Assembly (NCBI GenBank): GCA_964016885.1
Contig: OZ024740.1
Span: 348,192,001 to 348,256,000, forward strand
DNA: 64,000 nt
Direction: 5' to 3'
Source of the DNA: Eledone cirrhosa
Lineage: Eukaryota
Shown here: positions 17,755 to 36,108 of the stretch, piece by piece
Numbering within the stretch: the stretch's first letter is position 1
How the letters are laid out: every line of letters starts with the position of its first letter
The notes under the pieces: model-generated
Databases searched by the model: none
What the model saw: the letters and a program-made list of their open reading frames with translations, nothing else
Told to the model about the DNA's origin: nothing
Translations under genes and position numbers: made by a program

Positions 17755-19599
17755 ACAAGATGACATTGTTACACATGGTTTGCGTTTGATCATACATCAG
17801 GTCAATACAGCGTGCCTCGTGTTTGAGCAACGGAAACAACAAAGACAACCAAAATTGAAAAACCAGAAAACGTGATAATGGTTTTGATAATGAAAGCTAT
17901 GTGGTGAGCGTTACACCAGCAATTATACCGACACAGCCAAATAAAAGTAGAATGAAACATGTTTGTAGAAGCAACAACTATGAGAGGACAATTGATTTCT
18001 ATATTAAGAGAAGTTATCTAGTGCTATAATAAAAACATAATAGAGTGTTTATTCATTTGTTATATGGGGTTCATAAGTCTAATATTTGTTCCATTAGTAG
18101 ATTTCGCTCAGTTGCAAGCATTCGGACCAGTTCTCTGATTGAAAAATGACATATGAGTGCACTTCCACTGAAGTAGTGCCATATTCAGATAGAGGTGACA
18201 TCTATAAAACTATTCTCACTAGAAGCCATTTACCTGATGGCATAAATAAATACTGGGACTATGTTCTATCACCTAGCATATAAGCTCCGCTCCTAATCTG
18301 TTCCTCTTCATTTCATGACATGCACCTTATGCAGCACTATATTTCCAGAAGCATGCCCCTACCAACAGCCTCTCTGCTTGGTTTTATAACATTTTGAAGT
18401 AAGAATTAATGGCAATTTATGAGTCATATTTTTACTTTTAATAAGCAAATAAAAAGAAATATACATCCACTATGAAATGTCCCGTCGCAATCTCAAATGT
18501 TGTGAATATCGGTCCAGCGAAAATATCTTTCCTCACTTCCGACTAACTACACTTTCTCACTTCCTACTAATAGGCACGCCACACATTCAAGTCGTTTATG
18601 GTACCAGAATCTTTTATTCGGTATACTTAATACCTCACCCGGATTTACACTGCCACCTGACTTCAATGGAATCCACAACTTTTGAACTCGTTTGGGCCAG
18701 CTCTCCAGTTTCAGAATTGCTTTCACCCTTCTCCGCAGCCTCGAGGTTCTTGAAATGCCTTTATTTTAACGCTGCCCTATCTAAAATCATTGGCTTCAAT
18801 GTAAAGAATTCTCCCTGGCACGCGCTTATATTCCACATCGGTGCTTCTGTTGCGGAGAGCGAATAGATTTCCATTCTCGACTCTGAGTATCATAAATTAA
18901 TCCCCGTTTTCGTATCACCAACAGATCACTTATAATATAATTGCCAGTGATCTGTTTCTAACCATTAAAAATAGGATTTACCAATGTCTTAATTTATCTG
19001 TGAGATTTGGATCGTCCGTTCATTACTTGAATAGGAAAATTATATTGTCTTCCTACCAGGCAATATCACCCACAGGAATGGCTCTGGACTTTCACGTCAG
19101 ATAGGAGAACGTAGCTTCAAATGTCCATGCAGATCTATTCAGGTAGTAATAGACAGCGACGTGAGTGTTAAACGCTATCCTCCTACATATCGTTCGAAGA
19201 TCAGCGACCTGTTGCGTTTTGCAGAACGTTCCTAATCATAAGTCGACAATCTATCTATCTTAAATATTGGTAAATAAATATATACATAAGGTGATAGAAA
19301 TATTTGCCTCCTATGCTTTAAAACAGAAACTTCAGTATATAAATATATATATACATCTGTTTGATGTTGACGGACGTGAAAATCGATACTCAACACCGAT
19401 AGGGAGTTTTGATATTCTTATTTATGGCTAAGTGACGAGACCCCTTACTCAGAAATTGCACCTATCTACTCAGAAGATGATCAGACAAAACTATGATAAT
19501 CTATAGATTAACATATATTCAACATTAAAGAACTTTATTTTACCTTTTTACTGCCTGACGTCATTGCATTTATTGACTTCAATGTAAATAATTGATTCT

Positions 19600-20820
19600 G
19601 GCTCTCACATTTATCATGCAACTTTGCTTCTCTTTTGAAGTGGAAATAGAAAAGATGTCTCATCTGAAGACAAAGTTTTCCTTGAGAGACAGTGGAAAGA
19701 TCGGATGCCTTCCTTCATGGCTGGTATTGATGCAGAACATACGAGAACAATTTAGAAGAAGGAAAAGAAGATTCACGATATTATGAAGTAAAAAAGAGAA
19801 AACAGGAGGAAGAAATCAATAAAATGTTTGAGAAAGTGGCTCTTGAAAGTTCACCATCCAACTCAGCTATTAGTGATAATGATGAGTCTTAGTCATGATG
19901 TGTCTTAGTCATGGACTATCTGAACATTCGATTCCCCCGCAAGCAAGAACTCGTGAGATGAGTTCGCACCTGAAAATAGATCCAGGCTAGTCTTCCATTG
20001 AGATGGGGAATTATTAATATCGGCTTCACAATCAAGCCTACCTGAAGATCTGGTGCCAGTTTTGGTTACAGGAAAAAGAAAGGAAGAGCTTTTATGTGAT
20101 CCTATTGCACGAGATGAAACCGGATGACAAGTCGCTGAAGTTGTTTTGAAGGAAATTCAACGACTTAAAATTGAGGATAGAATAATTGTTATCACCATTA
20201 CATTCTTGAACTAGCTTTGAAGAAAATTTTGGTATCTTTTTCCCATCATCTGGTCTCAGAATCCCAACGATCAGATAGTTGCAAGAACGTTGGGGCTCTA
20301 TCGACATGACTTAAAATATCCTGGAAGACGATGAGCCCATGGAAGACTTTTACAAACAAAAAAGGTAGGGGATAGCTGACTACTTACTATCTGTACTGCT
20401 TTCTGGAGATCATCCTCGAAAAGTCCAAGCAGAGTTCATCAACATCTCCCTTCTCTATCATAGTAGTTGGCCATCTCCCCAGTTTTCCTTCTAGGCCACA
20501 GGAGCAAAGCTCGTTGGATGGCTAAGGCCAAATATATATGATCAACATAGTTCTATTAAAAGAACAACTTAAGTTTACACCCTGTAAGCCAAGAGATCTA
20601 CAAAACATAATTTGCGGTTATAAATTTCATTAATAAAAATGTTTATCTTTTTAATCCCAATATTATTGTGTATTTAGAACATAACCTTCTCGCTTATTTT
20701 CATTCTATTTCATTCTGCAGTGTGGTCTCCACATTGGATTCACTAAAGGGAACAGAAAGGAGAATATGCTACAGCCCAGATGAAAAAATTGTCATAAAGC
20801 AAAAATGTGAAAGTGTGAAG
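19600..20820 (+). mobile_element. Decayed DNA-transposase remnant (hATm-like)
   Basis: GA..ARWMAKAKY at ~20501-20535, resembling the PGAxHHARWMAKAIY motif I associate with hATm-type transposases. Boundaries uncertain. Confidence 0.4.
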
Positions 20821-23800
20821 CCCGTATATAATATTCAATTGACGTAAAATTCTGCAGGTATCATTAATTTATAGCATCATCGTTTACCAACCCGAACCAC
20901 AGGTTCTCCATATTGGTAAACAGCCTAAAATAAATGATACATGCATACATATATACATACATACATATATATGTATGTATGTGTATGAGTGTGAGTGTGT
21001 GTGTGTGTATAATCAGGATGGATTTAGTTTGAAACTGGTTAGACCATTACTTAGCAGACTCCTCGATTCTCGTGATAGTAAAGTATGGTTATGTTATATG
21101 AAAGGATCAATTGTGGATCTGTTGAAAGCTGGAATATTTTAAGCAACATACATTTATGTATGTTTGTGATTTTCTGTGGTGTATGTCTGTTTCTCTGTAC
21201 TTTTGTGTGTGTGAGAGAGAGAGAGAGAAAGAAAGAGAGAGGGGGGGAGTATTATTTGTATGCGAGTTTTTGAATTTCATATAATAGACTAACTTTCTGT
21301 TAGAAGTATTAATGTCTTCCTCTGTTCCTAGCTGGAAGTCCGCCAAAAAGTTTGATTAAGACGAATCAGTGCAAAGTGATATAGCAACGTTGCTTTACCT
21401 TTAATCACTTATTCTAGAAGAACTATATTTAACAATTTGTTTAATGTTGGAGAAATATCCACGAGAGTTCAAAAGATTATCAGCTTCCATGAAGTGAAAA
21501 CAATGCAGCCTTCAATATATATATATATATATATTCTCTCTATCTGGAATACAAAATAACAAAAGATTTGTTCCGTTCCTTTGTTTCTTGTGTGACGGAG
21601 CTTTGTAAATAATACTTCGTCATTATTTTAAATGAATGATCGTCTAGTCGTTTGCCTACATTGAGGTGTATGTATGTGTGTGTGTGTGTTCGTGAGTGTA
21701 TGTTTGCGTGTGCGCGTGTGTATGAGCTTGTGTATGAATGCATGTGATTACGTGCAAATACGGATCTATGTATCTATGCAAGGAAAAACGTTCATCAATA
21801 AAACATATATAATTATTTTGTAGTTAGAAAAAGTATTAACTTTCGGTTAGATAGTTTTGGGATAAACAGACTATTCTCATTGGGTTAAGTAGAATGGAGA
21901 ATATCTCAGATAGTAACATAATGTAAAACTACAATTGAATATTTACACAGATAAATGTGACCAATGTATATTCTATAACAAGAGTAATGTGTGACAACAA
22001 CAATATTAAATCAGTTAACATGATTCAAAGTTATTAGTTTTCAATCTGCATAATCTTAGTTCAAATACTACTGTAACAAACTGTTACTTTCTTCCACCCG
22101 GTATATATAAAATATTTTTGAGGTATGCTCCGCATTAAATTAGATAGATACGTTTTACAACTTTTGATATTACGGTATCAGTAATTGCAGGCGAAGCATG
22201 ACCGAATGGTTGAACAGTTCGCTTCGTAATTGTAAGGTCATTTGTTTTACTTCACCGCATAGGATCCCTTTGAGTAAGTGTAATTTACGATAGTCTCAAG
22301 TCGCTCCATGCCCTGTGAGGTAAATTCAAGACTGTCGGACGGAGTGAATCCTCGTTACACACTGAATCTCCATGAAAATGAGGCTAAGTGTGTTGACCGC
22401 TTTCAATAACTAATTATACTCTATATTTTAAACCAACAACATTTTTTTTAATACTGTGATATCGTGAATTAGCTATTAAGATTTTAATGTAAATTATCGT
22501 AACAATTCTAATCTCCAATTAGAAAGAGAAGATTGTATTCTTTTCAGTAACAAAACAGTTCTTAAAATCGCTAATATAATTTACAGCAATGTTCTTTTAC
22601 CTCTGATCAATAGCTAGTGTGGACTGTCATGTATTTCAAGAAGTGCGCCATCTCCATATATCATGATCACATCAATTATCATTATAGCACTCCATACAGA
22701 ATTCATAAATCAAAGCCATATTATTTGTTATTTTCACATTGATAAACGTCAAAAGCACATTACTTTAAAATGACATTAAATGGAGTAAAATTTAAAACTA
22801 TATAACATCTGCTCATGCTTACACAATTGTATGGAACATTGTAACCTTATCGTATCACTTGAATGGCCGCTATGTTATTGACCCGGGAGCATAAAAAGTA
22901 ACGTCGACCTTGGAATTAATTTAAATAAGAATTTAAAGATGTGTAACTAAATAATGCAAGTAGTGTGTATTATTCGACTGATTCTTGTAATTTGCTCTCT
23001 TTTCATCTAAGGAAAAAAAAATATATATAAACTGAGTTTTTTTATTGACATAAATATATAATATATATTTCTCCATTGATTTTGCTTCGAATTTTTTAAC
23101 ATTTGACTCTAAACGCTTCATATATTTATTTCAAAATATTTACCAGTTAATTCCACACACACACATGTGCGTATGTTTCTACGGTAGGTATCAAATGTTG
23201 ATCAACTATTTAAGGACAATAATATATATCAACCCGGGTAATTTACACTAAATGTTATTTTAACTGATACTTACAGAAGATTAATACTTATCCGTATGCA
23301 AACGAAATATAAGCAATAAGTAAATCCTTTACCAACAGGAAACATCTTTAGTTACTTACTTTAAAATAGTCATAAGTAGTTTTCGTTACAACTATTTCAC
23401 AATTTATACGTTATTAGTAACTACACGTGAAACAAAATATGAATTAAGTATTACGAAATATTTAAAGATTTAGCAGGCGAACTAATGTTAATACATTTCA
23501 AAGTTTCTAATCCATTTATTAGAAACGCTTTTTTATATTTTTAATATTCGCTAGTGCATTGAGTTGTTAAAATAGCAGAACACTGTATCAAAATAATTTG
23601 TAGTATTTATATACTCAGTTCTGAGTTGATATCTAGTGAGAGCTAGATTTACTCTCCATTCGTTCGATGTTCATGTGATTCATAATCAGTATCTGATAAA
23701 TAATACTGGCTTCCTGAGAGAAAATGAGGGAGGTGTTACTGGATAGATATGTTATTAAATATCATAGTTTATTTATGGTCAGACATTTCGAAAACAACAG

Positions 23801-25623
23801 CTATGGCCTAATCATCTGTTAAGCAACGGCGACCCGAGTTATTATTAACTGATCTCTTGAGCAGTCTGGATGCTGTAAGCATCATTTCATTTCAGGCGGC
23901 AAAATGACGGAGTTGTTATAACGTCGGGTAAAACCTTTTGCGGTATTCGTTCCGATCCCTTAAATCCCATCGAGATAATTTTGCCTTTCGTACTCTTGGG
24001 GTCAATCCGAGTAACTGTCTACTGTTGGGGTTTATTTTCTTCTCTTCTTCTTTCCCCCTTTCACACATTCTCTTTGAAAGTAATTGTTTTCAGACCTGAA
24101 AACGGTTGCGATCTATCAAATTTAAAATGCCGTATATCGCCCCGCTCTACCACTCCATTAGGAGTTCAGCGTACATGGATGAATCGTTTACAGTTTGCCA
24201 ACATTTTAAGATTATGAAGATTGTTTCAATACCTTTGGTCATCAGTGTATTCAACTGATCCACCTCTTAATTTCCCACCAAAGATGCGTCACTCTCTAAA
24301 AACAATCAAGTGAAATATAACTTCCTGGCGAACATGAGAAAGCAATTGTACGATAAGCACATGGCGGGTAAATATCAAGAGAAACATATAATCAATTATA
24401 ACAATAGTGTAATATCTAGTTAATTAAATGTATTTTTTCGCCCTTGGAATGATGAAAGTTAAAATCAAATTAAACGAGATTGGACTGCTATATCAATTAT
24501 TATACTCATCAAATATTGAAATAAAATTAAATTGACATCACTAATCACATGCGACGCATACATATAAAGTAGAATTAGAACCCCTGTCATTCTACCCTAT
24601 ATAACGAACATTAGCAGCGTAAGCGGTGGGAATCGGAAACAATCGAGAATTAAACTAGGGTCACAGATTTTCTCTAAAAGCATTTCGTATTTCACAATAT
24701 TCTTAACATCTTGTAAAGATTATTCGATTAATTGTAAAGGTTATGCTCTGGAAAATAAACAAATGAATGAATAATTGTCGTCCTCGTATATGTCGATTAA
24801 AAAACATAGTTGTTTGACATCATACGCCAGTGTAAACATGAATCGGACAAATCTAAATTTATCTCAATAGAATGAAATGAACTCAATTACCCAATGACAT
24901 TAAAACAAACATCAGTTTCACAGTGGTGCCACTGTTTCAAGTAGTAAAACCGTATCATCAGCTGTTTTTAATTTAACCGACGAGAGTTAGCTGTTTTAGC
25001 ATAGCATAGTTCCCATTGTATATGTATTATCTTTTCCCCAGCCAATTGTGAATTTTCCGAAAAATTAGCGTCAGACCTGTCAATTCTCCCTGTCTGACGG
25101 GCATATATCCCATCCACTTTGGGTTGTTTGAGATATCTCTTCTCATGTGAAAATGGGTACAGCTTTCGTTATGTAAAATCTCCTCATTTTGCCTCATTTC
25201 TCACTTTTGTTCATGGTACACCCTGTTTGGATTTTTTGAAGTTGGCATCTCTGTAATGTACATTTCACCATGCACAAAAACTGGTGTACTTTTTGAAAAT
25301 GGAATGTGATAATTTATTATCCATCATTACCAAATTTATCAAATACATAATAGATATAAACAAAAAGAGAATTGAAACTTCATCCCTGTCCCCGAATTTT
25401 ATATAGATGACCTCTTGCACAATGAAACTCGTCTATTCTATAAATTATGTTGGCAAATAAATGTACGTTGAGATAAATTGAATGTCAGTCGAGTTTAACA
25501 CGATAAATACATGTAATGATTAAATGCATAACGATATATGCAATAGAGTATGTCAAGGCAAACAAATCATTTATATGTTGAGTAACGGAGCGAAAGGAAT
25601 TCATCTCTCTCTCTCTCTTTCTT

Positions 25624-25664
<41 letters not shown>

Positions 25665-25668
<4 letters not shown>

Positions 25669-25862
25669 AGAGTCAAGAATCCGACGGCTGAGATCCAGCC
25701 GTTTCGACAGCTAGATCCGAACAGTTCGGATCTAGCTGTCGAAACAACCGTAGTTCGGCTGTCGGGGTCCTGACTCTTTTCCTCTTACCCATTCTACTAC
25801 CCTAAGTATTGTATACTCTGATGTGTTATGGTCCACCAGGTATCTTACCACACCGTTTTTGT

Positions 25863-25863
<1 letters not shown>
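25665..25863 (+). mobile_element. Family A inverted-duplication element, copy 3
   Basis: Palindrome centred on 25723 (gtttcgacagctagatccgaac-a-gttcggatctagctgtcgaaac) plus an ~80-nt extension. (TA)n on both flanks. Confidence 0.8.
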
Positions 25864-25905
<42 letters not shown>

Positions 25906-26008
25906 AAAATAATAAGAAAGTTTCAGAAGATCCCGTTAAGGGTGAAAGCAGCAATTCTTTGCTTAAACTTTAATCTGTCATTTTAATAAATATATATATG
26001 TATATATA

Positions 26009-26336
26009 GTGAAATAAGATAACATGGACGATTGTTTACTCCTTCATTGCGTTTATTGTTTGGTGACGCGCATTTCGCCACTGATCAGCTCAAGGTTCGA
26101 TCTGTATCGATCTGACCCGACTCTGTAATTCGCGGCTCGTCAGACCCCTTGTAATGTTAACATTACAGAATCGGGTCAAATCGATAAAGATCGCAATAAA
26201 CGTAATGAAGGAGTAACCAATCGTCCTTGTTATCTTATTTTACTATAATACACTCTGTCTAGCTCTACACCTCGACACTGAAGTGAACCTAAACATCGAG
26301 TGCTAATCCGGGTGACACTCCAAGTTACACTCCCTG
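26009..26336 (+). mobile_element. (TA)n-embedded inverted-duplication element, family B
   Basis: Arms ~26007-26058 and ~26194-26247, an inner inverted pair, and an ~90-nt extension containing catcgagtgct that is shared with the 62.8-63.3 kb element. Confidence 0.8.
26062..26146 (-). ncRNA. Type I hammerhead ribozyme with 50-nt insert in stem II
   Basis: ggt-CTGACGA-gccgc-[50 nt]-gtggc-GAAA-tgcgc-GTC-acc, followed by aataaa. Stems I and II pair. Stem III is one change from the palindrome ACGCGCGT. Confidence 0.75.
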
Positions 26337-26497
26337 TATATATATATATATATATATATAGGTAAGTTATTCCGGGTTGAATCGGAGGTAACCACAGTAA
26401 GTAAGGTACTCAATACATAGCAGAGTATAAAAGTTTTAATATAGATGACATTCCTGATGATTTCTCAAGAATGAAACAGTTCTTGTTCAGTAGAATC

Positions 26498-26578
<81 letters not shown>

Positions 26579-27492
26579 CACATACATACATACATACATA
26601 CATACATACATACATACATACATACATACACATATATATATGCAAGTGTGTGTGTGTATCTGGTTACGTATGTTATATTTATATATGTGCCATGAAAGAG
26701 AGGAAGAGAAACGAGAAATTAATATATGCGATGAATACATAAGAGAAGGATGAGAAGGAGTGTATAAAAACAAACTTGTGAATAGATATACTCTTAAAAA
26801 CGCCCATAACTTCATATATGCATGCTTTTATCTTGAAACGGCTTATATTAATTTTATATTAACGTGTAAATATAATACAATATATTGTCGCTGCGTACAC
26901 AGTACTCTCTGTATGTAATTCTGTGTTTGTATTTGTGAGAAAAACTCTAAAAGATGGAGAGAGAGAGATAGAGAGTTAGAAACGAAGGAATGTATACGTG
27001 TGTAAAAGAATGAAATAAAGAGAGGGAGAGATCGAGTTTATGTAAGTGAGACAGATCAAGATAAAAGGAAAGGAAGCGAAATCAATAGATTGTGAAATAC
27101 ACGAAGTCATTACAGCTATATTAAAGGAAACACTGCAATAAATGACAAATGTATATCTTTGAGAGATGTACCTCTCATAAAAAAATATTTTTTCAGAAGA
27201 AAGTAATATAAACAAAAAGATAACATATTACGAACTCCAAGTAGAAATTTGCAACGAGGCTGAAAACTTATTTTTAAGTTCTTATACAATACAAACATAG
27301 GAATAAATAAACCAATCAATAGCCTCCAGAAAAAAATATCATGTCTTTAATAGTTACGGCTGATTTATGGTGAAAATAAATAATGTAGAGTAACGATTAC
27401 GTCTGAAGAGTATATTAGCCCAAAATTGACGCATTTCACAAACGATTAATGTTTGCTCGCAAATACTATTTGGGTATTACACGATTTAAATT

Positions 27493-27678
27493 AATTGTTT
27501 CTACTTTAGGCACAAGGCCAGCAATTATCCAGTGCATTACTGGTACTTTTATTTTATCGACCCCGTAAGGATGAAAGGCAAAGTCAACCTCGGCGGGATT
27601 TGAACTCAGATCGTAAAGGGACGTAACTATGCTGGAAAGCATGGCGTCCGACCCTCTACCGATACTGCCAATCCACCG
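27493..27678 (-). mobile_element. tRNA-derived Nin/Deu-domain SINE (young copy)
   Basis: Nearly identical to the reverse complement of 60760-60943. Confidence 0.9.
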
Positions 27679-28039
27679 TTAAATATTTCGGAACTAATAA
27701 AATGTTTACAATAGATTCTTCAATCATCTTTGAGATGCGAGTTCAAGGTATTACCTCATATATTTCGAAATAGTATATTGAATCTATGGAATGTCATATT
27801 TTTGTTGCTGAATAAGCTTGGGCCAATCCCGTTAAAGAAAACCTAAAATAAAAGCGTCGACGTTCTGAGTCCCATACGAACAGCGACTACGTATTTTATA
27901 TATATTTCAAAGCGTTTTAACACTGATTTAGATGCCCTTCCTAGTAGGATCTGTTATCACACAGATACTCGTTCAAGGTAATTCATACGAATATAAATTA
28001 TATTTGTAGACATAAACATATTGAACAATGAGACGGCTA

Positions 28040-28155
<116 letters not shown>

Positions 28156-28199
28156 GTGTGTATAGGGATGTATATGAAAGCCCGCGTGTTCGTGTGATT

Positions 28200-28530
28200 A
28201 TCGTGACAGGGAGTCCTCAAACAACTCTTCCATCGGGTCCTGTCTGAAGCAATCGTCTCCAGTTGATCCGGCTGGAGCCCCAAGCGAGACCAGCTGAACT
28301 CATCGATGTTATCCAACTATTTTGTTCCTGGTCAACCTCTGGTTCTTCTGCCGATTGATTTTGCCCGTAAAATCTGTCCAGCGGCATTTAACAGTGAATC
28401 AGAAACTGGCGATTTACAGTCACCACTATGTTTCAAAACACTCAGTTTACTCAGGGTGTTCTCTGAATGTGGAAGAAATACCTGGTTGTGACTCCTCTTA
28501 TCCTCCAAAGCTCCCCAACTTATCCTGTAG
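28200..28530 (-). mobile_element. RTE-clade LINE 3' fragment
   Basis: RISW..., ILRAKSIGRRTRG*PGTK*LDNI and LETIASDRTRWK match the RTE C-terminal GxRxRGRPxxxWxD...AxDRxxW pattern. Confidence 0.65.
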
Positions 28531-28805
28531 GTCGACTTGCGCACACAGACACACAGACACACACACAAATATATATATATATAGATATATATATATTGTT
28601 ATACTTGGGGAGGGTCATATTTGTGTAATATTGCCAGAATTAATAACAGAACACACTCACTGTTTGGTTGGTTTTCGCTTTTCGCTTCTGTGTCTTTTAT
28701 ATCGGTAATCTAATTTATTCGGTCCTCAATGTTGCCATTGACTGACCAACGGTGAAAAATAATACAGATACAAAATAGACACAAACACATATATATAGTT
28801 TATCA

Positions 28806-29851
28806 GTAGTGCTAAGTTTAATATTCTAATCGCAGATTTGGTACGAGTGATGAAGAATGTGTCCCGCATGTGCGACCAACAGAAATGGAAAGACACATCC
28901 AACACTTCATCAACCGCATGCAGTTCTCTGGCTACAACCAAAGAGACAGAGTCAGAGTATACGAAGGAGCCATGGAAAAGTATAAGACCCTCATAGAACT
29001 GGACATGAAAGGAATTTGCCCATTATACAGGATCAAATCATGGAATAGCTTAGATAGGGATAGACATAAGATAGGGAAAGCCATCTCATGGTACGACAAC
29101 CAAAGATACCAGACTGTCATGTTTGTGGACGCTACCCCTGGAGGGAAATTAGCTAACCAGTGTAGAAAGGCCCTGAGAAAGACCCACTTAAAGATTAAGG
29201 TGGTAGAAAAGCCAGGAACCACCATAAAATCCCTGATCAGCAAAACCTGCCCTTTTAAGAAAACCCACTGTGCTAATAGGAAATGTACCATATGTAAGGT
29301 AAACCCCCGGATAAACTGTAAAACTACGTTTCTAGTTTTACAGTTTATCCGGGGGTTTACCTTACATATGATACATTTCCTATTAGCACAGTGGGTTTTC
29401 TTAAAAGGGTAGGTTTTGCTGATCAGGGATTTTATGGTGGTTCCTGGCTTTTCTACCAACTTAATCTTTAAGTGGGTCTTTCTCAGCGCCTTTCTACACT
29501 GGTTAGCTAATTTCCCTCCAGGGGTAGCGTCCACAAACATGACAGTCTGGTATCTCTGGTTGTCGTAGCATAAGATGTACAGAGGGTACTTGCAGAAACA
29601 TGACAACAACATACATAGGCGAGACAGCTCGTAGCATAGGTGAAAGGATAGACCAACACTGGGGGGAACTAAAAGGACGAAAAAACGGGTCAGTACTATA
29701 CGAACATGCCAGACAACAACACGACGGTAACATAGACAACATAGAAATTAGAATAATATCTAAACATAGAAATGACCCAGCAGATAGGCAAATCAAAGAG
29801 GCCAGTGAAATAGAACTTAGAAGGCCAAGACTAAACAGAAAGAATGAATAG
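28806..29851 (+). pseudogene. PLE polyprotein C-terminus (RT thumb, Cys-rich linker, GIY-YIG endonuclease), disrupted by a frameshift and an internal inverted duplication
   Basis: ORFs 28870-29326 and 29568-29851 join into a continuous NCKTRNVV-(Y)SIRCTEGTC-YIGET GIY-YIG domain once the inverted insert is resolved. Confidence 0.85.
29092..29567. repeat. 235-bp inverted duplication with 6-nt spacer
   Basis: 29092-29326 vs 29333-29567, about five substitutions by eye. Confidence 0.95.
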
Positions 29852-30184
29852 AATAACAACACCCAAACAAACAACACTGACCTAACAGAAGTATAAATAA
29901 ATAAATAACTAAATAAATAGATAAATAAATAAATAAATAAATACATACACAAGCACAATAACAACAAACACATATAAACACACACTAGAGAAGATAGAAT
30001 ACATTAACCGATACACAGTCACCCAATCACGAACACACATAAAACAAAACACTATACACGCACGCAAACGCATGCGCAAAGAAGACAAAATAAAATAAAC
30101 AAACAAACAAATAAATAAATAAATATATAGACAGACTAAATAAAAATGGCGTAGACATACAATGTAACGGGAGGAAACAATAGC

Positions 30185-30226
30185 ACCACTGACGATGTTG
30201 CAGATGTGCAACGAAAGAACTTTGAT
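30185..30226 (+). ncRNA. Minimal type I hammerhead ribozyme in the PLE pLTR
   Basis: acca-CTGACGA-t-gttgca-gatg-tgcaac-GAAA-gaa-CTT-tgat. Stem II is 6 bp. Predicted cut after 30222. Confidence 0.75.
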
Positions 30227-30469
30227 AAACTATATATATGTGTTTGTGTCTATATTGTATCTGTATTATTTTTCACCGTTGGTCAGTCAATGGCAACATT
30301 GAGGACCGAATAAATTAGATTACCAATATAAAAGACACAGAAGCGAAAACCAACCAAACAGTGAGTGTGTTCTGTTATTAATTCTGACAATATTGCACAA
30401 ATATGACCCTCCCCAAGTATAACAATATTTGTTACGACACACGATTTCATATAAAAAACTTCGCAAAAC

Positions 30470-31724
<1,255 letters not shown>

Positions 31725-32165
31725 ATAAAATATTAAACAAATAATGAAAAAACAATTCCTTATATTAAGCAAAAAAAGTTCATTATTTAACGATCGTTTC
31801 TAGGGTATATATGTGTTATAATTGGTATGCATATTCAACAGATCTATGTACAAAATTATACAAAATTATACAAATTATCAAGATTAAATATACATAATTT
31901 TGTACATAGATCTGTTGAATATGCATACCAATTATAACACATATATACCCTAGAAACGATCGTTAAATAATGAACTTTTTTTGCTTAATATAAGGAATTG
32001 TTTTTTCATTATTTGTTTAATATTTTATCTTGACTCTGTATACCATTTATCTTTCACCGAAAGTGGATTTTCATTACATCTCTTCTTTCCATGATATCCG
32101 GAATACATTGAGTTCTTCATACGGATTGGACACTACCGTAAACTCTTGGTAGATTTATCTACATT
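31725..32165 (+). mobile_element. (TA)n-embedded inverted-duplication element, family C (134-bp arms plus ~135-nt extension), with HHR-like core
   Basis: 31725-31858 and 31895-32028 are perfect inverted copies by eye. CTGTTGA(31912)...GAAA-CGATCG-TT(31953-31964) with palindromic stem III ACGATCGT. Confidence 0.8.

Positions 32166-36108
<3,943 letters not shown>

Noticed and set aside
26451-26490. CTGATGA-tttctcaagaat-GAAAC-agtt hammerhead-like match
   Set aside because: No stem I partner after the putative cleavage triplet and a weak stem II. Could be chance or too decayed to call.
31725-32028. Classifying the long palindromes as MITEs or foldback DNA transposons
   Set aside because: One arm has an unpaired extension, the inversion centre varies within a family, and HHR or PLE sequence is present. 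This fits retro-insertion better.
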